Positions 18,262 through 26,744 of a DNA stretch of 32,000 nt are shown piece by piece. Each line of letters opens with the position of its first letter. The stretch's first letter is position 1. A model generated the notes under the pieces. That model did no database searches and was not told the DNA's origin. It saw only the letters and a list, made by a program, of their open reading frames with translations. Source of the stretch: a cyanobacterium endosymbiont of Epithemia turgida isolate EtSB Lake Yunoko. GTDB taxonomy: Bacteria; Cyanobacteriota; Cyanobacteriia; Cyanobacteriales; Microcystaceae. The translations under genes were made by a program, and so were the position numbers. The stretch spans positions 390,001-422,000 of the forward strand of contig NZ_AP012549.1 of assembly GCF_000829235.1 (NCBI RefSeq), written 5' to 3'.

Positions 18262-19066
18262 AATTAATAAACAGATGAGAATGGTGTGTAAAAAAATTAA
18301 TAAATGAGGGAACAATAGAACTAGATACAATGTCGAATATTTTGTAGAGCTGATTGTGACATTTAATGAAATTTGGAGAAAATATTTAAGGTTGTCTTAA
18401 GTAGTTACCCCAGATAAACAGCTATCAAAATAAAGAAAAGTTATGACACCTTAATAAGGAATAAGAGAAACTGAGCCATCGGACTTCTCACTAAACCTCT
18501 ATCTTAACTTTGTCAAGATTATTCCCTAGTGAAGGATCATGTCTACTAAGCTACCAGAATTATTTGAGGTTTCTGTTTGTCTAATTACAAAATGACAAAC
18601 AAGTAGAGGGAATCTTGCTATGATTTTTTTGAGATAAAACCTATGACTAGAGAGAACTTAACATCTTTAACCCCAGTAATAATCAAGGATATCAAGAAAA
18701 TTAGTAATGATTAACTAGTCTTATTTTTGAGATATTTATTTTTTTGTGGTTGTAATAAAGTTTTGTTACAAAAAAATCTAGATTATTTATAGCTAAACTT
18801 TAAAAAAAAATAACAATGGTATATTTTTATACCTTCGATGCATCAAAAAAGTTTTGGCATAAGTGGAGGTAAATTTTTGATAGAACTCTGATGTTTGAAA
18901 GAAAATAGGAGAAGATAACGATTCAAGAAGTAGATCACAATTTATTAACTAATTTCATTAACAAATTAAGCTTTGCTTGCATACCTAGTACGAAGAAATA
19001 GGTAAATTTTTTCAGACAATTATATGTAGGATCGCTATAGTTTACCTTTAAAAATCCTAAAGGACT

Positions 19067-21589
19067 ATGGTTGATAGCATGAAAACTTTTATTGGAGCTG
19101 AATCTAGCTCCCCTTATGACGTAAGATTCTCTTCCGAACAATGGGTTGAGGTGTTGGTCGACTGTCCAGGGGTACAAGGATTATATACCTACCATATTCC
19201 TCCAGAATTAAGCATAAAATCAGGAGATATACTAAATGTTCCTTTTGGTTCTCAAATGGTGGGGGGAATTGCTATCCGTCGGGTAACTTCCCTTCCTCGT
19301 GATCTTGATATACAACGAGTTCGCGATGTAGAGGATGTAATTACAGCAGGGTTCTTTCCTTCTGGATATTGGGAATTACTTAATCGAGTTGCCCAATATT
19401 ATTGTACAGATTTAATAACGGTGGTTCGAGGAGCGTTACCACCAGGGTTATTGGGACGATCACAATATCGTATTCGTTTAAAATATAAAATTCTACCTCC
19501 TGAGGCTAAAACTTTTTGTAGTTCAGTGGCTAGAAAAATTTTAAACTTATTGCTGTCGCAAAAAGACGGAGACTACAGTAGTCAATATTTACACCGAGAA
19601 GTTATAGGAGCAAGTCGGGGGATACGAGAATTAATCAAACGGGGTTGGATTGAAAGTTATCTCAACCCCCCAAAAATGAATAAACCCAAACGACAAAAGG
19701 CTGTTACATTAGTGGTTGATCGCTTTCCCACAAATTTGACTAAACAACAGTTAGAAGTGTTACAGGTATTGCGTCAGCAAGATGGGGAATGTTGGTTGAC
19801 GGAATTAGTTAAACTTTGTAATAGAAGTTCTCAAGTGGTGAAAAAGTTAGAAGAAAAAGGGTGTGTTGTAATTCAATATAAAGAAAGATTAAGGTTATTA
19901 GAACAGCCTCAATTAAATAAAGATCACCCAAAACCATTAACCACATTTCAAACAAAAGCTCTGAACGTTATTAAAGCCCTAGAAAACTATGCAGAAATTT
20001 TATTACATGGGGTAACAGGTTCAGGAAAAACAGAAGTCTATTTACAAGCTATTGCCCCTTTATTAGATAAAGATAAATCCGCCCTAGTTTTAGTTCCCGA
20101 AATTAGTTTAACTCCTCAATTAACCGATCAGTTCCGGTCTCGTTTTGGAAATAAAATTTGTGTTTACCATAGTGGGTTATCAAAGGGGGAAAGATATGAT
20201 ACTTGGAGACAAATGTTAACAGGAGAACCCCAAGTTGTCATTGGAACCAGATCAGCAATTTTTTCACCCTTACCTAATTTAGGATTAATTATTCTTGACG
20301 AAGAACATGATTCGAGTTTTAAACAAACTCAAATTTTACCCACTTATCACGCCCGCAATGTTGCCTTATGGCGAGGAGAAATAGATAATTGTCCAGTAAT
20401 TTTAGGATCAGCCACTCCCTCGTTAGAAACTTGGATAAAAATAGCTAATACGAAACAAAATAACTCTCTCCCTTTATCTGCCTCTTCCTCTCCTAATTCT
20501 TACTATTTATCTTTACCAGAAAGGATTCAATCTCGTCCCTTACCTCCGGTAGAAATTATAGACATGAAACAAGAATTAAAATTAGGAAATAGTTCTATTT
20601 TTAGTCGTTCTTTACAAGACGCTTTAGCCGAGCTAGAAAGCTCAAAAAAACAGGGTATTTTGTTTATTAACCGTCGGGGTTATAGTACTTTTGTTTCCTG
20701 TCGTAGTTGCGGTTATGTTTTAGAATGCCCCCATTGTGATGTATCTTTGTCTTACCATTATGCTCATGAAGGAGCAATGGAACTGCTGAGATGCCATTAC
20801 TGTAATTATAGTCAAAGTCAACCTAGTCGATGTCCTCAATGTAGTTCTCCTTATTTAAAATTTTTTGGCAGTGGAACCCAAAAAGTAACCCAAGAATTAA
20901 CTAAACTGTTTCCGTCTCTACGTCCTTTACGTTTTGATAGTGATGCGACAAGAACTAAAGGATCACATCGTAGTTTATTAACCAAATTTGCTCAAAGAAA
21001 AGCAGATTTGTTAGTAGGAACTCAAATGCTAACAAAAGGGTTAGATATAGCCCAAATAACCTTAGTAGGAGTCATAACAGCAGATGAACTATTACATATG
21101 TCTGATTACAGAGCAGCAGAACGGGCTTTTCAAACTTTAACTCAAGTAGCAGGAAGGGCAGGAAGAGGAAATGATTCCGGCCGAGTAATTATCCAAACCT
21201 ATTCACCGGAACATCCTGTTATTCAATCAGTCAGTTCCCATGATTATCAAGGCTTTATTGAAACTGAATTACCCCAAAGAGAGGTATTAAGTTATCCTCC
21301 CTATGGACGATTAATTTTAATTAGATTGAGTGGAACTAATAAAATAGAAGTTCAGCAAACTTCTCGAGCATTAGGAGATATTTGTCGAGATAAAGTAGGA
21401 AAAGGTTGTGAAATTTTAGGTCCTGCACCAGCAAATATTATGCGAATAGCTAGACGTTATCGCTGGCATATTTTATTAAAGTTTGATCCTAATGCTCAAG
21501 TAATTATTCCAGATATTAACAACTTAAAAAAGGTTTGTCCACAATCAGTTAACTTAACCTTTGATATTGATCCATTAAGAATTGATTGA
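19067..21589 (+). CDS. priA: Primosomal protein N' (replication restart helicase PriA)
   Basis: 840-aa ORF with Walker A GVTGSGKTEVY, DEEH box ILDEEHDSSFKQ, the Cys-rich zinc module CRSCGYVLECPHCDVSLSYH...CHYCNYSQSQPSRCPQCSS, and the helicase C-terminal motif QVAGRAGRG. Confidence 0.95.
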   Translation: MVDSMKTFIGAESSSPYDVRFSSEQWVEVLVDCPGVQGLYTYHIPPELSIKSGDILNVPFGSQMVGGIAIRRVTSLPRDLDIQRVRDVEDVITAGFFPSGYWELLNRVAQYYCTDLITVVRGALPPGLLGRSQYRIRLKYKILPPEAKTFCSSVARKILNLLLSQKDGDYSSQYLHREVIGASRGIRELIKRGWIESYLNPPKMNKPKRQKAVTLVVDRFPTNLTKQQLEVLQVLRQQDGECWLTELVKLCNRSSQVVKKLEEKGCVVIQYKERLRLLEQPQLNKDHPKPLTTFQTKALNVIKALENYAEILLHGVTGSGKTEVYLQAIAPLLDKDKSALVLVPEISLTPQLTDQFRSRFGNKICVYHSGLSKGERYDTWRQMLTGEPQVVIGTRSAIFSPLPNLGLIILDEEHDSSFKQTQILPTYHARNVALWRGEIDNCPVILGSATPSLETWIKIANTKQNNSLPLSASSSPNSYYLSLPERIQSRPLPPVEIIDMKQELKLGNSSIFSRSLQDALAELESSKKQGILFINRRGYSTFVSCRSCGYVLECPHCDVSLSYHYAHEGAMELLRCHYCNYSQSQPSRCPQCSSPYLKFFGSGTQKVTQELTKLFPSLRPLRFDSDATRTKGSHRSLLTKFAQRKADLLVGTQMLTKGLDIAQITLVGVITADELLHMSDYRAAERAFQTLTQVAGRAGRGNDSGRVIIQTYSPEHPVIQSVSSHDYQGFIETELPQREVLSYPPYGRLILIRLSGTNKIEVQQTSRALGDICRDKVGKGCEILGPAPANIMRIARRYRWHILLKFDPNAQVIIPDINNLKKVCPQSVNLTFDIDPLRID

Positions 21590-21949
21590 ACAACAAAAAC
21601 TATAAATAGTTTAACCTATAATGTACTATTATTTCATAAAATTATTTCTTGTATAAGAGATAAATGTAATTATTTTCAATGAAATTTTTTAAGGGGTTTT
21701 TTTAAAAAAATAAATTTGTCTATTTTAGAGATTATATAGTCATATTTATTATTTAATAGTAAACGGTTTAAATTAATAATAATTAACAAATAATGACCAC
21801 CATTAGTGTTATGATCTGAATCGGTTTAGTTTACCTGTATAAGAGAGTCTCAAAATTACCAGAAGACTTATCGTAAAAAAAAATTGTGAAATAGTTATGT
21901 TAATTATGTTAATCTTGTAGCCTTAGTTTTTAAATTCAGAGTAGAACTA

Positions 21950-22215
21950 AATGCTCACAATGACTATTTTCGTTAAAATTGCCTTGTCACCAATTAATTA
22001 TTGAAATAATTAATTTTAATTGGATTGAGTGGAACAAATAAAGATATTTAATGTTGATGTTTTTAAATATTTTTTTGAATATTATTTAAGTAACACTGCA
22101 CGGCATAGATCATAAAAAGATTACGCATCACTAGTACTTATAGTAATATTTTATTATTTCATGTTTTATTTAAATGTTTAAAATACTATTTTGATAATTT
22201 ATTTACCTTTGAAAG
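21950..22215 (+). pseudogene. Decayed partial duplicate of the priA 3' end (corresponds to priA about 21230-21565)
   Basis: In the core, 22010-22042 matches priA 21311-21343 at 31 of 33 nt and translates LILIGLSGTNK versus PriA LILIRLSGTNK. Upstream, ALSPINY* compares with VLSYPPYG and AHNDYFR with SHDYQGF. Collinear downstream anchors are ctgcac (21423 / 22096), atattttatta (21468 / 22146) and acctttga (21557 / 22205). Stops and frameshifts occur throughout. Boundaries are approximate. Confidence 0.55.
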
Positions 22216-23317
22216 TACAACTTGTAATCTAGAGAATATTTCACACTAAAATCTCACAAAAATTTCAAAAAATATTAAATGTGCAGAACTAAATAGACAA
22301 AATGAAATGATCTCATTTATCGTCTAGTAAATATTGCTCTTTTAGGCTTGTGACAATATGTCAATAAATAAAAATTAAAAGTTTTATATTGCAATATTTA
22401 TTAAATTTAAAAAATTAATGATCATTCAAAATAGCTAAAAATAATTATTATTTTCAGAATTAATTTAATAAAAAATTAGATAATAGAAAGTATACTGACA
22501 AATAGTTTTTATAAAAAAAAGTAATTTTAAAACTAGTTAGGTAGTCGCTAAGTACTACAATATATGGGATAAGAAACAAATTAAATCTCGACAATAGAAA
22601 TTACCTAAGATGACTGCTAATATTTAGCGAATCTACTTTGAGAACTAGTATTGCTGAAAGTTAATCTAAAATATTTAATGAATTAATCTTCTACTATTTT
22701 TTAGACTATAGAGTGTGCAATTATGATAGTGATCTCGAACATTATCTATCATCCAAAGCTTACACGCACTACAAAATGATAAAAAAAGTTAAACGAAAAC
22801 TAATTGATATGATTCTAGGTTTTTTATCTAAACAAATACCATTACGGATAATATCAGGTACTATTTAGTATAGGCAAATATTTTACTTAAAGTTTTTATA
22901 CTGGCGTGACTAGTAATTACTTGCTCCGTTAAGAATTACTATTGTGCTAGACTAACTAAAATGACAAGATCAGATAGAGGATCTATGAAAACTTTTAAGT
23001 TTAGAAGTAGTGACTAGTTATGAAACGAAAACACAAGGAATAAAACTAGAAAAAATCAAAAAAAGATAAATTGCTAATAATTAGACTTTTTATGATCGTT
23101 GACTTCAAATTCAATGGTAATTTTTTGATTGTGCTTAATAACTCTTAATATGTGAGAGAGTAAACTAAATACTTAATTCTAGATTAGGACTAAGAATTGA
23201 TTAAGTTTCCTAGAATATTGATTAACTTAGTCTAGTTATCGAGCATATCTGTCGACAAGAAAACCTAGTTGACTATTTGCTCGACGAATGTTTTATTTAT
23301 CCTAAATTTGTCAGAAA

Positions 23318-24283
23318 ATGGAAGTAGAGTTAACTGTAGTAGAAAAAAGTGATCGTCTTGATCGTTGTTTATCCCAACTTTTAAAAGATATCTCCCGATC
23401 ACGTCTCCAAAAACTCATTCAACAGGGAAATGTTCAGGTTAACCGTCAAATTTGTACTAATAAGAAAATTAAAGTTAGTTTAGGCGATCATCTACTTATC
23501 TCTTTTCCTCCTCTTCAACCATCGAATCTTGAACCAGAACCCATTCCACTCGATATTCTTTACGAAGATGACTCCCTTATTATCATTAACAAACCCGCAG
23601 GGTTAGTTGTTCATCCAGCCCCTGGACATCCTACTAAAACATTAGTCCATGGACTGTTGTATTATTTTCCTGAATTAGCAGGAATTGCAGGAGTACAACG
23701 ACCAGGAATTGTCCATCGTCTTGATAAAGATACAACAGGAGCGTTAATGGTAGCAAAAACTGATTATGCCCACCAGCACCTACAAAGTCAACTAAAAACA
23801 AAAACAGCGCGACGAGAGTATTTAGGGATAGTTTACGGTGGTTTTCATTTTCAGTCACCGGGAAATTTTTCTACTCACGATCACAAGGAACATGGCACAA
23901 TTAACTTACCTATTGGCCGTCATCGAGTTAATCGCAAAAAAATGGCAGTGGTTCCTGTGGAAAAAGGAGGACGCGAGGCGGTCACTCATTGGGAAATGTT
24001 AGAAAAGTTAGGGAACTATACTCTAGTTAAATTTCGACTAGAAACCGGACGCACGCATCAAATACGGGTTCATAGTAGTTATTTTGGTCATCCAATTGTA
24101 GGTGATCCACTGTATTCTTCTAAAAGATCGGTCGGAGTAAATTTAACAGGTCAGGCTTTACACGCTCATAAGTTGAGTTTAGAACATCCAGTTACAGGAA
24201 AACCAATTGAGGTAGTCGCCCCTTTTCGAGAGGCTTTTACTAAACTTTTGACTACATTGCGTAAACGATATTCAAACACTTGA
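23318..24283 (+). CDS. rluD: 23S rRNA pseudouridine synthase, RluA/RluD family
   Basis: N-terminal S4 RNA-binding domain (RLDRCLSQLL...SRSRLQKLIQQGNVQVN) and catalytic motif HRLDKDTTGALMVAKT, followed by TGRTHQIRVH. Confidence 0.92.
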   Translation: MEVELTVVEKSDRLDRCLSQLLKDISRSRLQKLIQQGNVQVNRQICTNKKIKVSLGDHLLISFPPLQPSNLEPEPIPLDILYEDDSLIIINKPAGLVVHPAPGHPTKTLVHGLLYYFPELAGIAGVQRPGIVHRLDKDTTGALMVAKTDYAHQHLQSQLKTKTARREYLGIVYGGFHFQSPGNFSTHDHKEHGTINLPIGRHRVNRKKMAVVPVEKGGREAVTHWEMLEKLGNYTLVKFRLETGRTHQIRVHSSYFGHPIVGDPLYSSKRSVGVNLTGQALHAHKLSLEHPVTGKPIEVVAPFREAFTKLLTTLRKRYSNT

Positions 24284-24375
24284 TAAAACAAGGTAAAAAA
24301 AGTAATTTGTATTTTACAAATGAAGTATGTTGTTAACCAGAAAATTTTTTGAATATTTTTATTAAAATACTTTAG

Positions 24376-24892
24376 GAAATTTTAGAGTCTTGCCGCTCTA
24401 GTACTACTTTGTGGGGAATAGCAGCCTCAGTAGGGGTAATTGGTATTTTGGGGCTGAACTATCGAGCTATTCCAAAATTTACTTCCTCGTTGTTAGAGGT
24501 ACGGGTAGACTGAAATTTATTTCTCAAGGAATAGCTCTTCTATTCTATGGGGTTGTAAGTTCGGCTTATGAACTCTGTCTCTGGTCTAGTATTATTTTAA
24601 ACATCGGAGAAGGCTATGACAAATCCAATAAAGAAACGGGCAAATTAAGCATATTTCGCTGGAGGTAGAAGTTTCTTGGCAAAAGCATCGGATCGAATTT
24701 AAAGATGTCCAAGCAGCTATACGGACTGATATAAAATAAGGGTTAAATGTCACACGAAAACTGTATGTACGGCTGAAGCAATATAGAAAAGTTTCCCTGA
24801 TTCGCACAGGACAGTCTATTTCTTTTTCAAGACTAGAAAACCAAGAGGCTGAATTGGCTTGTTTTTGGGGAGTTCCCTTCTAGGGCTTATAA
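24376..24892 (+). pseudogene. ycf4: Photosystem I assembly protein Ycf4, frameshifted with premature stops
   Basis: The Ycf4 sequence is spread over three frames. The segments are EILESCRSSTTLWGIAASVGVIGILG (frame of 24376), GAELSSYSKIYFL...FISQGIALLFYGVVSSAYELCLWSSIILNIGEGYDKSNKETGKLSIFRW (frame of 24411) and HRIEFKDVQAAIRTDIK*GLNVTRKLYVRLKQYRKVSLIRTGQSISFSRLENQEAELACFWGVPF*GL (frame of 24707). Two Glu codons are stops (TAA 24737-24739, TAG 24881-24883), and a stop (24373-24375) lies upstream with no usable start. For comparison, canonical Ycf4 reads ...PQGLVMGLYG...[30 protein letters not shown]...IRVDIKEGLNP...PLTRVGQPL...LENQGAELARFLGVPLEGL. Confidence 0.88.
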
Positions 24893-24923
24893 TAATTGCC
24901 AACCCTAGCATTAGAAAATTGAA

Positions 24924-25667
24924 ATGAAAAAATTACTACAGCGTTGGTCAACTATCTTAGCTTGTTTAGTTTTAGTTGGCGGTTTACTCTTAACGGGATG
25001 TTCTAGTCCGTCGGCCACTTCTTCTGATGCCAATACTAGCGAAAACTCAACTCTATCCATGCTGACGGGTCAAGAGAATCAGCTAGATATGGACAATTAT
25101 GTTCCTAGACTTGAAGGTAAAGCAATAGTAGAAATGATTATTAAAGGCTTTCCCGTTACGATTGAAGTCAATGGAAAAGATGCTCCCGTCACCGCTGGAA
25201 ACTTCGTTGATTTGGTTAACCGCGGCTTTTACAATGGATTAATTTTTCATCGGGTAGTTAAAGAACCCCAACCTTTTGTTGCCCAAGGAGGAGATCCCCA
25301 AGGAACTGGAACCGGCAGTTTTGTTGATCCTGATACAAAGAAAACTCGTTATGTTCCCCTTGAGATTAAATTAGAAGGAAATGAAAAACCTATCTATAGT
25401 AAGGCTTTGGGTCGGCAAGGAGCTTCTGTTAAAAAAAATGTAGTTCTATCCCATACTCGTGGTGCAGTAGCTATGGCTCGCTCTCAAATGCCTGATACTG
25501 CCTCTTCCCAATTCTATTTTGCTCTGTCTGATTTAACTTTTCTTGATGGAGACTATGCTGTATTTGCTTATGTCACTAAAGGAATGGATACTGTCGATAG
25601 CCTTAAACAGGGCGATCATATTGATTCAGCTAAAGTGATTTTTGGATTAGAAAACCTAAAACAATAA
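24924..25667 (+). CDS. ppiB: Cyclophilin-type peptidyl-prolyl cis-trans isomerase, lipoprotein/periplasmic
   Basis: Signal peptide with lipobox LLLTGCSS. Cyclophilin core: [37 protein letters not shown]...SSQFYF. Confidence 0.92.
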   Translation: MKKLLQRWSTILACLVLVGGLLLTGCSSPSATSSDANTSENSTLSMLTGQENQLDMDNYVPRLEGKAIVEMIIKGFPVTIEVNGKDAPVTAGNFVDLVNRGFYNGLIFHRVVKEPQPFVAQGGDPQGTGTGSFVDPDTKKTRYVPLEIKLEGNEKPIYSKALGRQGASVKKNVVLSHTRGAVAMARSQMPDTASSQFYFALSDLTFLDGDYAVFAYVTKGMDTVDSLKQGDHIDSAKVIFGLENLKQ

Positions 25668-25699
25668 TTTATAGAAGTTTAATACTAAAATACTGACTT

Positions 25700-26520
25700 G
25701 AATGACTTGTTGATGATGGCTTTAGTGAGGCTGAGTATAAAACAGTCATAAAGTTTGAGTCCGTTGGCTTATTTAACAGACTGTAGTTGCTGAAAGTTCA
25801 TGACACGACTACGTTATCGTTAATTCGCAGAATCCTTACGTCTTAGAATGACAGAAAATTACGGACGGAAAGAAAAACAGTAGCTCCATGGTAAAAACAG
25901 TATTTGTTGAAGTCTGGTGCTATGCAGATAAAATATCGTCCTAATTCTACCGGAGTATTTTGTGATTGGGATCACTTCTATAGTTAGGATATTGAACTGT
26001 TCAAACATTTTATACATCACAGGTTCTTCTCCATTACAAGAAAACATTTCTTGATTTAATCAGCCATAATCGTTTTGTGGACTTATGCCTCAGGCAATGA
26101 CGTTGCTGTGCTGTTTTTATGGATTTATCAAAGCTAAATTACACGGACAAGTTTTATCAATTATACTCCGATATAGGTCTTTCGTCAGGTCTTCAAGAAT
26201 AGTGCGCTTCCTGTTCTTGAGAAACTAAAGAGTTATATAGGGTATGTAATTTTTAAAATTTTTAAAAAAGCTATATTGACAAAGACTTCAGGCAACTACT
26301 TGCTATTTACAAAGGATGAAGTAAAAGTTAGTTTAACTGATTTATAAAGTTTTTTTATAGGTATTTTGAAATTAAAACGATTAACGACAAACTTTAAAAT
26401 ATTTCTCGGGTTGAACAAATATTCAATATCCCGAAATATTTGGGATTGTTTTGTTAACTTTTTTGCTCGCCTGATTGCTTATACTTATTTACAAAAAAAA
26501 TTTTTTCTCGGTTTAGGAGA
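25700..26520 (+). mobile_element. Heavily decayed IS982-family-like transposase relic
   Basis: Collinear fragments in shifting frames match family motifs as I remember them. LVDDGFSE corresponds to (V)DDFCQ; VFCDWDHFYS*DIELFKHFIHH to IMTILIxFHxSxYRxFKxFY; HNRFVDL/MPQAMTLLCCFYGFIKAKL to SYNRFVELMP...LC.F. SFINYTPI*V (26150-26179) corresponds to SFIDSTPIKV; VFKNSA...IGYVIFKIF to VFeGiA..GWFYGFKLH; and LKRLTTNFKIF...SRNIWDCFVNFFARLIAYTYLQKK to IETINDQLKNI...SRHRSPINFLVNLVCGLIAY..QPKK. There are many stops, frameshifts and internal deletions. I identified no terminal inverted repeats. Confidence 0.6.
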
Positions 26521-26744
26521 ACAAGATCAGCTAATCTTGTCTACCACTATTTGAAACAACCATTGTAGTTTTTATTTTATTATTGGCGATTGTTATTTAA
26601 GATTATCGTCAACTTTGTTGTTTTTAAACTTACGTCGTCTTAATCATAGATATGACGCTGAGAGAACAAGTTCAATATAAAATCAAAAGCAATAACTCCT
26701 ATGCCGAAATTAGTTTATGTGTCTTCTGTATGTTTTTGAAAATC

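Noticed and set aside
18935-19177. 80-aa ORF on the - strand overlapping the priA start
   Set aside because: It overlaps the priA 5' end antisense and extends into AT-rich spacer. Its composition is not protein-like.
22541-22555. NtcA-like site gtagtcgctaagtac
   Set aside because: The spacing is GTA-N9-TAC rather than the canonical N8. There is no -10 box or gene at an appropriate distance downstream.
23634-23858. 74-aa ORF on the - strand
   Set aside because: It is antisense inside rluD.
24411-24807. ORFs 24411-24668 (+) and 24592-24807 (-) as genes
   Set aside because: The + ORF is the middle fragment of the frameshifted ycf4. The - ORF is its antisense shadow.
25859-26554. ORFs 25859-26047 (-) and 26366-26554 (+) as genes
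   Set aside because: The first is antisense to the IS982-like transposase relic. The second is the relic's C-terminal fragment.
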